A DNA stretch of 63,866 nucleotides, filler included, from Phoronis australis (GCA_002633005.1; 7 parts of 7 records of this genome joined end to end with filler, not necessarily neighbours in it); one strand, 5' to 3'. Counted from the whole stretch's first letter, positions 23,801-36,310 are shown. Notes: generated from the letters alone by a model not told the origin. A program made the numbers and translations.

Positions 23801-23964
23801 TTTTACACCAAAGGCTAGAACTTTTGCCGGCTGTTTGCAAAACTTACAATAAGTTTGCTTGTGAACCATTGCACCATTGTCGTTGTTCCCTGGGTTAGAA
23901 AGAGTTCAATGAGGCTGATTTCGGTTGTAACATTTTTATTTTTCTGAATTGTGTACAAAGTTCA

Positions 23965-24078
23965 TATTAAGGTTATGGAAGACCATGTGAACTTGTCTGT
24001 GTATTAAGGTTATGGAAGACCATGTGGACTTGTCTGTGTATTAAGGTTATGGAAGACCATGTGGACTTATCTGTGTAT
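23965..24078. repeat. 37-bp minisatellite, 3 copies
   Basis: Unit tattaaggttatggaagaccatgtg(a/g)acttgtctgtg starts at 23965, 24002 and 24039. Confidence 0.95.
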
Positions 24079-25313
24079 GAAGTCAAATGTCTACGAAACT
24101 GTAGAAACTCAGTCAATGTACATATTTTCTGAAAGTAGAAACCTGTACAATTTCATTTTTGACTATACCAATCGCCTGTGAATTGAGTAATGTGACCATA
24201 TCTTTTTAGTGAAATTTAGCAAAAAAGAACAGTACATCCATAGGCTAGGAAAACTACGGCATCAGTAACATTTACCAAATTTCATTCAATATAAATGTTC
24301 TAGATGAAATCTCAAGAATGCTGTAAGTTACAGTTTCTTTTCTTTTTGTTTTTATGCAACTTCTGAGTTGTTTCGATCAATAAAAATCATAGTTCTATTT
24401 TTATAACACCACATGCAGAAGTGGAAAAGTTTAAAAACAGCAAACAATGTTTTGGAGAACAGTGTAGAAAGCACGGTATATGAATACGATGAGCAGTTTC
24501 TGAGATATGATCTAAAGTTTGTCCTATTTGGCCTTTTTTCGAGGGTGCTACATCACCTCTAGAAATTTTGGTCCGAGGATTATTTCTCCCCTCCCCAGTA
24601 TTAGTACTCCATCACCACGGGCTATTTTACAGGACGCTTAACATTCTGCTGTGTAGTGTGTTAAATCCGATCTCACTTTCGCTCTACTGCGTTCAGATTT
24701 TGTGAAACAAAACAATGACCAAAATGCAAAAATTTAGCTCTTAATTTAGCTTATGTTATCCAAATGCACTACTAGAGACGTCTGGCTACAAAAGCTAGGG
24801 GAAGGCATGGGGGGAAATGTGTCCGAGTGGTGCTTGAGCGCTGTGAAGTCGTCCAAAACAAGTTTGGACAACTTGAAGGTGAACTGTAAGTGGTATTTTC
24901 GGTTATACGTGGAGATGCTAAATCTATTGAGCTATCAAGGGCAGCGATCAATTTAAAAATACTGTCTGACTCTTATACGCCACCTGGTATGACCAACAGG
25001 TACCAGCCCTTGTTGATAATTCTTGCACACTAGCCTCAGCCAGAAGTGTTCTCAGGGAGGTCAAGGAGCCTGAGGTGATGACTCGTTGGGCGAGGAAGTG
25101 CAGTGACTGTTGGGGTTAGATTTTTCTGGAAACGGATTTACAGTCTTGTCCTCTTTTTGTCCTGCCTGTTTATGCTAGTACGCGTAATATTAGGCTTCTT
25201 GTGAATTCTGATTTGTGGCAACATATTCACATTCCCTCTGTTCTATTTGGTGTTCACTTCTACTAGTAACTGTCTTGAGTTCACAGACCGTAGCTTGGCA
25301 AGTCTGTCTGGCT

Positions 25314-25365
25314 TTCAGTTCCCATTCAGTTCCCATTCAGTTCCCATTCAGTTCCCATTCAGTTC
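25314..25365. repeat. 11-bp tandem repeat (ttcagttccca)n, about 4.7 copies
   Basis: Read directly. It ends about 37 nt before the EXOSC2 acceptor at 25402. Confidence 0.9.
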
Positions 25366-25406
25366 ATGAAATACCAACTAAGTACTGTTCCTTCTCACAC
25401 AGGAAA

Positions 25407-28400
25407 ATGTCTGTGAACATAAGTTTAGCTGGGTATAATGATGCCAGTTCAGAGGTGAAGTATGAAAGCGCAGACCATCAAATGGTTACGCCAGGTGACG
25501 TCATCACCACAGATACAGGGTTCATGAGGTATGTCACGGACAGCTGTATAATTTCATCTATCTACAGCATCTGTTCTTTCACGCACTTCTTTTTTCATTG
25601 AAAATAAGTAATGGACAACAACATTCTTATGCATAGTAGAGAAAAGTAGCTGCTTCTGTCTCCAAACTGTCCATGACAGAGACTTTGGCAAATGTTAATT
25701 TACCTCCTTAAATATGTCTACACATTTTTCATTCCGCTCGGCAGCGAACTACACGACTACACCCATCTGGAATACTCTGAGCCCGTCACACTGCATACTT
25801 ATCTACTGATATGTATGCAATGTTACGGTGGCCCAGGGTAATGGTCACTTGTCTCGTGTTGCATTGGATGTAGCACAAGCCAACTTGTATGAATGCATGA
25901 GTCACATGTGTTCTTGGTGTATTGGCAAGGTGTCTATAAGGTGTCCAGTGACTTCGAATGGAGTCTATGTTTCCTGAAAAATTGAAATTTAAGTGTTAGA
26001 CTGTCGATGCCTGTCCTGAACTTGGAAGTGCTTAAATATGAAACTCAATTTGAAGAATACTTGAACATCAGACTTTGAGTGTGGAATGTATTTTAATTTC
26101 AAAAATGGCCTTGTAAGTGCTGTAAAATTATCAAGGATAAGATCATGTTACATACATGTCATAGCAGGTAGTTCCGGGCAGCTAATTTTCACCCGTGCAG
26201 ACAAGAATCATTTTGGTTTGAGGTTGACTGGTTTGGTAGTCATGGATTGTCCAAAATTTGTAATCTTGTTTGTGCGTTTTCTTTCAACTGTGTTCCCAAT
26301 AAAGTAACATATCACCAATTTATGACCAAGAAGTGAAATTTTATTTTCTCTTTTTCCGTGGAAGATATGTAGTGCTTGCTATCAAATTACTGAGTTTCCA
26401 TGTTCAAGTTCTGGGCCATGGCTGCCAATGTTTGGGAAATTGTGGACATTCACGACAATTTTGGAAGACCTTGAAAGATGAACACGGCAATTTTAGCGAG
26501 TATTTTTGTCTAAATTTGGAGAGATTTTACCATGCAGTGAACGCATATCTCATGTCATGTCTGCGATGTATGTATTCATTCATGATGAAGCCATATCATA
26601 ACTAACATGTATTCCTCTTTCAGAGGACATGGAACGTATATGGATAATGACTGCTTGAAGGCCTCTGTGGCCGGCGTAGTTGACCGGGTCAACAAGTTGG
26701 TCAGCGTCACACCTTTAAAGACAAGGTAGGCCTTGTTTCAACATTACATCTCTTTGTCCTAAATTTGTTGTGATTGTACAATATACATTGGTGGACAAAG
26801 GATTTTTCCAGAGCTGCTGGCAATAGTCAGATATAACAGTTACATGCCTGTATTTTGAGAACCATTTTGATGCCTGTTAGTCAGTGGAGAAAACTGGCTC
26901 TAAAATTTGGGCACTTTATATCCGACCATTACCGAGCTGCTTTACGTAGACCCTTGTAGCCTTGCATGTATTCGCTCAAGGCGGTGCTAGTGGTCCTAAT
27001 CTACCCTTCCATCACTCACTAATGAAATGACACTATGGAGGTATGCTGTGCAAGGAAAAAATATTCTGAAAAATTGAATAGGGACTCGGGAGTATGGGGT
27101 GGCATATGAAACATCACCACTGAATAAGTACTGTATCTTCTTTTTATCTGCTTTTAATACAAAAATATAAAAAGCCTGTAAAGGTAAAGATTATGATGTA
27201 TTTGTGAAATGACTTTTAGCTGTATGTTTCCAACTTTATGTCTCTGTAAGTGACCATATTTCAATATGATTGTCAATAAAAAATTTTAAATTTTGTTATA
27301 CCGATTAGCCTTTCTTCTCATTTGGTAATGGTAATCAATAAAATGGAAGCGAGCTTTTACTAGGTAAAACTGTTAGTCAGTATATTGTTAATTTGTTTCT
27401 CTCTTACTTAAGTCTAGTCTTTCCAGGTATAATGGTGAAGTGGGCGACATTGTGATTGGCCGGATCCTGGAAGTAGGTCAGAAGCGTTGGCGCGTGGAAA
27501 CCAACTCGAGGCTCAATTCTGTGTTAATGTTGTCTTCGGTCAATTTGCCTGGTGGAGAACTGGTTAGTTCAATTACCAAATAGTTTCATATGGATGTCTC
27601 CATGATTAGACTAAGTTCTCATACCACATCCAAAGGTTTACACAAGGCTTGGAATTTTCCGCGGAAACACGGATTTCCGCTTTTTTCAAATGTTCTGTCC
27701 ACGTATTTTATTATGTTTCCACGTAAAAAAAACGGATTTGATATAAAATTTCCGCGGCAAAGTCCTTTCTTACCGCAGCGTTGCCGACGACTTTCACCTC
27801 GAAAAGCGGAAGTTGCTCTTTATGTTTCTAAGGAACGTAAATTGTCAACATTACCGGATAGCGTGGTGGATTTTTCAATGGCGACTCGTGTGTGATTGTA
27901 AACCGCGGTGACAAATACTAAGACTCTGCAGCCAAAAATGCGTGGTGTTGGGAGTGGACGGACGAGCTAAAAAACGCAGACGCACGCTTCTGGAGATGGT
28001 TTTTTTTTTTAGTCCCCCCGATTTTTGTGGTGTGCAACAAAAGGTCTCGAGGCTGGGGAGCGCGCTTCGGGCCGTAAAAGTTTCCGCGTTTTCCGTCATC
28101 GGTCATTCCAAGCCCTGTTTACATTAAGAACTGGCACAAGTCTTTGTAGACATTGGTGTTGGCTCTACGTTCTTCTTCGGTGTAGGTGGTGCTGTCTAAA
28201 GCAACATGGGAGAATTTGTGTCCTTCATCCTGATTCAGTGTACACTCATTTTTCTGATACAGATAGACTCCATTATCCTCCTGAGATTGGTGTTATTTTT
28301 GTTAGGTAGAATGTTAGAGAACAGGGAATGTATAAACTATACCGCTATAGCCCTCCTTATCACGCTTGTCCTCGGGCTGCACTAATAAATTCTGTAATGT

Positions 28401-31145
28401 GGTTTGGGGTTTCATGGCTGTACTGAGTTTGAATTTACTAAAGATACGTTTAAGAAACTCAGCCCTGGAGTTCTGTACCTTCTGTTGGGGGAGGGGCATA
28501 CCCCAATGATCCTGTCTGTGACAGGTATTATGACAGGCATTATTATTACCCCTTTGAGGGTTAATAAACTACTTTACTCTTACTTTGCATAAAACATTGT
28601 TTTCCAGCGTAGGAGATCTGAAGAAGACGAGAGAATGATGCGAAGCTATTTACAAGAAGGGGACCTGATAAGTGTATCCTTTTAACAAGAATAAGTGAAA
28701 TGTCCCCCGAGGGACATAAAAAAGTGTTGTGTATTGAAGAAGTGACGAGACGGTTTACTTTATGCATGATGTGCGATTGATTTGAGTTGACTCACGTGTA
28801 AGAGTTGTTAGTTTCTCGACATCTATAACAACCAAAGTCCACGTAAAAGTTCATGGTAACCCAGTGAGGTTGCATCAAACATCCCTCATAGAAGTCTTTA
28901 CTGCTCTGAGAGCATGAAAATTATACTTCTGCTTGAACCAGTTTCAAATTGTGGTCAAGTTGAGAAGAATGAATCAGAATTTTTTAGTCACGGGACATTT
29001 TTTAACTCCAATGTGTGAATCATTTGATCATTACACCTGGTGGCATGATGGATTTGGTGGGCGCTTAAAACGCTATAAAACAACAAAACTTGAAATTTAC
29101 ATCCTAGTCACATGTGGTGGTACTGAATCTTTTATCCACAGAATGCTCTGTTACCGACCAGACACAACTTGGGTAAAATCTCCTAAATTTTGGGCAAAAA
29201 TAATTGTCCCTGTTCCGTTTTCTTGGAGTCTTTTTATCATTGTTGTGAATGCCTATATATTTGTCTAGTTATTGTCAGATGGTAATATTTTACAGAACTT
29301 GAAAAAATGGTAAGGCACTTACTTTTTGATGCATATCTTTTGTGAAAAAATTTGAAAATAAAATTTCATTGTCCTCCGTATTGTTTCCTATGTTGATGAG
29401 ATTTTCCACATTTTAATATGTCGCCATCATATTGAAAAATGACAAGTGTTTCTATAATTCTTCTTGATTACATTTTTCCTCAAACATTGCGATCAGGCAG
29501 AGGTTCAACAAGTGTTCTCAGATGGATCTTTGTCTTTACACACCAGAAGTTTGAAATACGGAAAGGTAACTGTCAATTAGTTGATTGTCTTTTTTTCATT
29601 TGACAATCAAGCATTTTGTTTGTGCCTAAGTTGGGAAATACAATTTCAAGATAACCCCCATTTTCAAGAATTAGAGAATGATTTAGTAATTTTTGGTTTC
29701 TAGTTTCTGTTTACTTCTATTGCACAAGACGAAAAGGGACAAGAATATGAATTCCCTTTCACGATGTTATCAAAGCATACGTCTTACTAATTGAGCTTTC
29801 TGAATTTTGTTTCTAAACGCAAATTAGTTAATTTTGGTTTCATTGTTGTTTGCCATTTTCCGGTGTGTAACTCCTTAATACCAGACGGGATATTTTTACA
29901 TCCTACATATACTTGAAATTGAAGTTTCCATTTTCAACTGTCGTCGGATGGACATGCAGTGAGACTGTTATGACATTAGGGAGAACCTGTTTTGTGTTAG
30001 TATGAATTTTATACTGTTTTTGTTAAGCTTGCTCAGGGAACCTTGGTGCAGGTGTCACCCTCTCTTGTTAAGCGGAGGAAGACTCACTTTCACAACTTGC
30101 CGTGTGGCGCTAGTGTCATCTTAGGAAACAATGGCTATCTATGGATATGTCCGACGATAAACGAAGACACAGATAACACTGGTGGTTTTATTCAAAATTT
30201 AGAGGTAATTGCTTTTTATGATCATGTCTTATTACTAATTGTTAGAAGAGGAAAATGTTTGAGAACTTTAATTTATTTATTGCTCATACTGTAATTAGAG
30301 AGTCACTGATTCCATGGTTTCATGGTTCAGGGCTTGGAATTTTCCGCGGAAACGTGTTCTGTCCGCGCATTTTATTATATTTCCGCGTAAAAAAATCGGA
30401 TTTCATATAAAATTTCCGCAGCAAATTCCTTTCTTACCGCGGCGTTGCAAACGACGTTCACCTCGAAAAGCGGAAGTTGCTCTTTATGTTTCGGAGGAAC
30501 ATAAATTGTCAACATTGCCGGGGCATCTGGGATAGCGTGGTGGGATTTTCAATGGCGACTCGTGTTATTGTAAACCGTGGCGACAAATACTACGGCTCTG
30601 CAGCCAAAAATGTGTGGGTTGGGAGTGGATGGACGAGATAAAACGACGCATACGCATGCTACTGATGGTGGTAACGTTTTTTTTTTAGTCCCGATTTTTG
30701 TCGGGGAAAGGTTAATATCGACCATTTCAAGGCTGGGTAGCGCGCATGATTTGGGCCTTAAAAGTTTCCGCGTTTTTTGTCATTGGTCATTCCAAGCCCT
30801 GATGGTTGTAGGAAATCTTAAATTCCGTACCTTACTTGCCATACAGAAATTAGAAAGAGAACACTGTCTTATTCAGAAAGAAAGTGTAGATACTTTTAGT
30901 AAATGTGTTTTGTTTGCAAGGTGACCGTTAACTGGGTTGGACCTAGTTGGGTTCAAGTGGCAAATTTGACGACAAGTCAGTTTCGCTGCATCAAGTCATC
31001 ATGTTTTATTTTTTAGCCTGTGAACCGTGTCGACCGAGAAGTTATTGCACGTCTCAGAAACTCTATAGTTGCATTGGCGCAACAGAAAATGATGCTCTTT
31101 GACACAAGCATTTTGTACACCTATGAAGCGTCACTCAAACACAGT
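25407..31145 (+). CDS. EXOSC2: Exosome complex component RRP4, 7 coding exons; final exon lies beyond the segment end
   Basis: Exons: 25407-25528 (MSVN..VTPGDVITTDTGFM), 26624-26725 (RGHGTY..ASVAGVVDRVNKLVSVTPLKT), 27427-27562 (RYNGEVGDIVIGRI..LSSVNLPGGEL), 28608-28673 (RRRSEEDE..YLQEGDLIS), 29497-29565 (AEVQQVFSDGSLSLHTRSLKYGK), 30028-30204 (LAQG..SPSLVKRRKTHFHNLPCGASVILGNNGYLWI..LE), 31017-31145 (PVNRVDREVIARLRN..YEASLKHS). All introns are GT-AG, phases agree and the frame is open. Confidence 0.97.
27643..28117 (+). mobile_element. hAT-like MITE, copy 1 (EXOSC2 intron), 6-bp TSD
   Basis: TIR caaggcttggaat...attccaagccctg. TSD tttaca at 27637-27642 and 28118-28123. Confidence 0.88.
28200..28465 (-). 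mobile_element. Penelope-like retroelement remnant (linker to GIY-YIG region)
   Basis: Translation AEFLKRIFSKFKLSTAMKPQTTLQNLLVQPEDKRDKEGYSGIVYTFP, then after a deletion MESICIRK and LNQDEG. This is the usual PLE pattern KP..TL...LV.PKD..G.VY..P..E.I.I..LNRD.G. Confidence 0.8.
28674..29496 (+). other. U12-type (minor spliceosome) GT-AG intron in EXOSC2
   Basis: 5' splice site GTATCCTTTT at 28674. Branch-like TTTTCCTCAAAC about 11-22 nt before the CAG acceptor, with no polypyrimidine tract after it. Confidence 0.88.
30328..30801 (+). mobile_element. hAT-like MITE, copy 2 (EXOSC2 intron), 6-bp TSD
   Basis: Perfect 13-bp TIR cagggcttggaat/attccaagccctg. TSD atggtt at 30322-30327 and 30802-30807. 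Homologous to 27643-28117 throughout. Confidence 0.9.
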
Positions 31146-31334
31146 GTAAGTGCACTTTAAGGTTATGCTGGACCCTAGAAAAGTGTCATATTTGGTCAAC
31201 TTCGGAACATTATATCTAAAAAATGGTTACGCGACCTAATTAATGGCATATTGGTAAAAAGTCAACATCAAATTCTACAGAATATCGACTTTCTGTAGTT
31301 TTGGTTTTGTATGGTTGAATACACACTTGTTGAT

Positions 31335-31529
31335 AAGGTCCTTCATAATGTTTATGATGTATTTGCATGCTCTACACTATGCTGATGTAAGGTCCTTCAT
31401 AATGTTTATGATGTATTTGCACGCTCTACACTATGCTGATGTAAGGTCCTTCATAATGTTTATGATGTATTTGCACGCTCTACACTATGCTGATGTAAGG
31501 TCCTTCATAATGTTTATGATGTATTTGCA
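31335..31529. repeat. 54-bp minisatellite, at least 3.6 copies, cut by the segment end
   Basis: Unit aaggtccttcataatgtttatgatgtatttgcacgctctacactatgctgatgt. Confidence 0.95.
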
Positions 31530-31629
31530 NNNNNNNNNNNNNNNNNNNNNNNNNNNNNNNNNNNNNNNNNNNNTTAATTAATTAANNNNNNNNNNNNNNN
31601 NNNNNNNNNNNNNNNNNNNNNNNNNNNNN
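31530..31629. other. Artificial assembly spacer N44-TTAATTAATTAA-N44 (also 33618-33717, 36959-37058, 46859-46958, 58646-58745, 60578-60677)
   Basis: Six identical 100-bp cassettes, each with a linker that places stop codons in all six frames. Confidence 0.98.
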
Positions 31630-31879
31630 AAATGAAGGATTGCAGAACTTTAAGTATCAGTCAGTACATTTATGCAGTTTAGACATTCCAGTTGTATTCA
31701 TTTTGACGAGAAAAATACAATCTGTTCAAAATAACTGGCTATGCCTGGGTTGAAATCGACGAATATAAGTCATGTTCCATTATTCTCAAGATGTCAATTA
31801 TGAGAAATGACGTTTATTTGTGACAAAAATGAGTCACTTCATCAAAAGAGGCTCCAAAATTGAGTTTTTATGATATGCG

Positions 31880-32200
31880 TGTTCAGCATTACCATCAACA
31901 GGATAGAGTGGTCCAAAGCCACGAACTTTGTCATCAACACCATGGAGATTGGAGGCCGTCATCGGCGGGAAAGAGCTGACTGTATTAACCAAGCAACTGT
32001 ATCGGAATGGCTTGAAGAACAAACTCCCACAATCATTGTTGCAACGGACGGCTCACTAAGAGATGACACTACCGCTTGGGCAGCAGTTGCTTGGACTCGT
32101 GAGGGTCAACAGCACGGGTTGGAAAATCCTTGTCTTTTAGAGCTGAATGTGAAGCATAAGAAGACGCCCTAGTCTGGCTCTCACAGAACGTGTTTCTCAT
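31880..32200 (+). mobile_element. RNase H domain remnant of a non-LTR retrotransposon
   Basis: PTIIVATDGSLRDDTTAWAAVAW, then in a shifted frame VGKSLSFRAECEA*EDALVWL. These correspond to the RNase HI motifs TDGS and S.RAE..A...AL. Confidence 0.7.
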
Positions 32201-34109
32201 GCCTTTAAGTAAACGTTCCTGTGCAGGTAAGATTGTGGATGCAAATGTGCAGCAAGTCATGGCCCAACAACTCAGTGCAAATGAAGAGATTGACCAGTGC
32301 ACAGTTCAGGCTGCTAATCCATTTAGTGCTGAAGCAAATCGGATTGCAATGAAGTGAGTAAGTAACTGCATGAAGGATATCATTTATTATTGCCATGGAT
32401 GACTTCGTAAAACTGGTCTGTGTTTTCACTCCAGTTGGTGAAAACGAGCTTCATGCCTGTTCAGTCCGATTATCAAATTATAATATTCCGTGTACGACTG
32501 ATACTAATTTAAAGAGCGCCGTGGAGCAGCTGAATAGGAGCACAAATACACATGGTATCGTTGATACGGCGTGTGTTCTATTAACTCTAGTTTTGTCATA
32601 AAAATAACGCGTAATGATTGGCTACTGAGATTTCTCGTAAGTCGATAGAAAAAGTCAGAGCGGAAGCGGACGTCTCTACATCAAACAACTAGTTGCAAAT
32701 TGTGTCGAGGCACCTCTGTGACAATCGGAGTATCTGAGACAACTAAGACAATAGTCTCTAGGGTTTTGTAACTATGAATATATCGACACTTTTTCTGAAA
32801 GAATTCCAAGGACAGAGTTTCTTTTGAAGACCGTTGTCCGGATTTCGCAGCCAGCAGTAAAAGTTTCTTGCATCACACCCCCTAAATTGTGGTTTTTACC
32901 AGTACACATTTCGGCACCTTAATAAAGTGAATTTTGTAAATATGCTCTAAGCCAAATACATCAAATGCATACATAAACGCCTAACGTGTGCAACGTGTCC
33001 AGGCCTATTAAGGGACCCTTACTCGTTAAATTCTAGGGTTGAAACACTAAGTACACAGATTTCTGGTGGTGTCCTCCCCGAGGTTTGCCCCACAAAAAGT
33101 ACGCCCATGAAAGTGCGAAATTGGCGACAACCACGGTATGTTAGAGGTGGGCATATGGAGAATCTGAAATTTGGTTCCACGACTGGAGCAAAATTTTGGC
33201 AAAGCCGAATACTGTAAGTGCCCCCCCTCCCATATTTTTTATCTTCCCTCTGGCCGGCAGCGTGATGTTGTCACCCCTTTCACAACAAAAAGCTGGATAA
33301 AGTTGAGATGTGCGCTAAGTAAAAAAAAATGTGTGCCTGCGGGCATTGGGTTGAATTCAAAGTCACCAAATGGTCAATGTGGCAACAACTGACCATATCA
33401 GTTTGGCAGTGGGATGAAATCCATTACGCAAATATTATCATGCGCGTACCCAGCCTTCAATATGGGGGGGGGGCTCGAATTAATGACTTGTGCACCTTTT
33501 GGTAACAAAAAGCAGGCTTACTGAAAAACAAACGGGGGCACCATTGTGAATTGTGCGTTTGTGCTTGTTTAGCGTACTTTTGTCTCATTTTCTCGGACTT
33601 TTTGTTTCTCAGAGGCGNNNNNNNNNNNNNNNNNNNNNNNNNNNNNNNNNNNNNNNNNNNNTTAATTAATTAANNNNNNNNNNNNNNNNNNNNNNNNNNN
33701 NNNNNNNNNNNNNNNNNCGGACTGGAATCCTTCAGTTATTTTAGTGTTACCTGCAGTTCGGTAAGTGTCTCTGTAGTCTTCTCTGTTGGGTTTCACACTC
33801 GTGTATGTATCGCTTGACATCCCACTGTGTTACTTTTGTGTTGTTTTCTCATCTATGTCCTCTTGGTGGGCTCTGTTGCCTTTTTCAGTATTTTAGTCAC
33901 TCATTAGATGACCAAAGAAGGTCGATGTACAGAAAATACATGCCTGTGACCGTTTTAAAAAGATGTCTCCGTTTGGTGTTATAAGCGGTGTAACAGTGTT
34001 GGAGGTCTCCCGTTCGAATTAGATACCTTGACTAGAATGTGACGTGTTACATGGCAATAAGAAAAGTTATTGCTGAAACTCAAGAGTGCGGAAAAAAGTT
34101 TGGCGCTCA

Positions 34110-34199
34110 ATGTATGTATGTATGCATGCATGCATGCATGCATGTATGTATGTATGTATGTACATGTATGTGTGCGTGCGTGTGTGCGTATGTATGCAT
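34110..34199. repeat. Compound (TATG)/(CATG)/(TG) microsatellite
   Basis: Read directly. Confidence 0.9.
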
Positions 34200-34900
34200 A
34201 GAATGGGTTCCAATCGGACTTCTGGAGGCGCCGACACATCGGTAAAAGTTGAAAAATCAATATTTTTCCAGCGGCTTGTCGCGGGACACCGATCGCGACC
34301 ATCTTGTACTCACGCGTTCACGCAGGCGTTAAATAAATTATAGAAACACTTCTTCATTTGTATACGCCATCAAAACTCGCTTCAGCAGTACATACATATT
34401 TCAAAAATTCGTTGCTCGCCACCTCACTTCCTTCTTTTCATTCATAGATGAAAAAGACCTTTCGGAGTTGTTTATTCTGGGACATTCTCAGTTACCCGAA
34501 ATTAACCAATCAAAAATTTGCATGCTGTGACGTCGTGGTGTTTGCAATGAACCAATGAGCGGCTGTGGATGACTTGCCATTGACTATACCTTTGGCTGAA
34601 CCGGGAAATTATCATATCTTCTGGTATTATGGATAATGTACTTTTCACACATGAGTTTGATTTATGTGATGGACCAAAATGCATGCGTTTGATGTTAAGT
34701 GAACTCTATCTTTTTACTACAAAAGTAGATGCAGACATAAACTCGTGGATTAGTATTTTCTCTGTTTCTCTAGCTTGTTACAATCAGGTCATTCAAAAAA
34801 TGAGAAACTATTTCGTGATGTGTGATATCACGAAGTGTGCATTTTCTCGATGGTAAATCGCTGTGATTAATACTACAGATTGCGTTAGCCTTTTACTAAC

Positions 34901-35980
34901 CTGAAGAAATGTTAAGTTCTTCTCTCCTGTGCTCCGCTCGAGGTTGTCTCGAAACCATTTCAGCAATCGCTTGCCTGGGTGCCAGCCAAAATTTCTGATA
35001 AAATTGGGAATGAAACTGAGGCCTTTAAAACGAGCGTCTGAAATAGATATAGTGAAATTAAAAAAGCCACTAAATAGATCTCAACTGAAGTGTTGCTATC
35101 AGTAGATGACCAGCTGCTTTAGACTAATTCAGTATTCATCCAAACGTTGACATTATTTAATTTTACTTGTCGGCTAATCGAGCCTCGAACAGACCTATCA
35201 ATGAAAATGTGACTTATTACAAGTTGCAGTTAAACACAAAAATCAAGGCATGCGACACCAAAACTTACCTAATACCACCTTTTTCATGTCAGTGTTCAGA
35301 AAGTGTTCCAGTTCGTATGAATTGTAGCCGAGGCACACCATGGTGGCTGTCATAGCACCGGCAGATGTTCCTGCAATACGCTTCATTTGCGGCCAAACAC
35401 CGGCATTTTCAAGTTCCTTTAAAATATCAAAAGTTATAGTTATCAATTGGGTCTCAATAGGTAATTCCAGGATTTTTCTTGTTGCAGGGATACAACAAAA
35501 TAAAATTTTACCAAAATTTGCACCAAGTACAAGTTACAAGTTGCACACCACAGTTGGGTATCAAGTTCAACGTTCCCTCCTGCGCAAGGAAAAGAATACG
35601 GAAAATATTTATGAACGCGAACACGTGACTTATGAGCAAAAACTTGCATGACATCTTTCTCCAAAACATTCATTAAACGTATGCGCAAAATGATTTTTGA
35701 CGGGTAAGCAGGATAAGAATGTCTGTATTTCGTCGGAATCTCTTACCCTTACGACCCCGACGTAGGCCACGCCTTTAGCGCCCCCTCCCTCGAACACTGC
35801 GCACTCAAATGGATATTTGTACTTCGATAAATCCATCTCGTCAACGTCCTCCGTGGGTGTTTTGACATTCTCCGATTCATTGGCGGTTTCCGTGTGGTAA
35901 AGTTTAACCTCCTCGTTAGGCTTGACTCCTCTAGGGGGCGGGCTTGGTAACACCTTTTTTCTTGATTGTTTGTTTCCCAT
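34901..35980 (-). CDS. Patatin-like phospholipase (ExoU/VipD-like), first three coding exons
   Basis: Exons: 35980-35747 (MGNKQS..YPFECAVFEGGGAKGVAYVGVVR), 35416-35269 (ELENAGVWPQMKRIAGTSAGAMTATMVCLGY..VL), 35037-34901 (DARFKGLSFIPNFIRNFGWHPGKRLLKWF..TGEKNLTFLQ). The oxyanion motif GGGxK and nucleophile motif GTSAG are present. Junctions are GT-AG with phases 0/1/0. The catalytic Asp exon was not found in this segment. Confidence 0.92.
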
Positions 35981-36219
35981 GGTGATCGGATGCTGGTGAT
36001 CTCGGCTGCCTGTCACTTGTTCTTATTCCATTACCAAATTCCGAGGTTGTTTGCTTTGATCATCTGTTAATATAAATGCAGTCATTAAGAAGTTAGTTGA
36101 CATAGATAACAACTGAAAGCACTTGGGCCGGAATACCCCCTTGGTGAAGAACGGAATCTTCCCTGTAATGTTTCACTGACCTAGTTTGAACATGACGTAA
36201 CTTCGTATGAGTTTAATTT

Positions 36220-36310
36220 TACTTTATTTCTGTTTCTGTTGACAAAGGACGTTATTACATCCCAAAATTTCAGTTGATCCATTCTTGTTGTTTTATTTAC
36301 CTATTTATAA
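36220..36310 (+). repeat. Dispersed repeat shared with 55503-55600
   Basis: actttatttctgtt(t/c)tgttgacaaagga.gttattacatcc.aaaatttc..agttgatccattcttgttgttttatttacc occurs in both places. Confidence 0.8.

Noticed and set aside
31574-31585. TTAATTAATTAA as a biological motif or transposon target
   Set aside because: It is always centred in an identical 100-bp N cassette, so it is an assembly linker.
33979-34343. ORFs of 68-107 aa on both strands
   Set aside because: They are products of a stop-free microsatellite.
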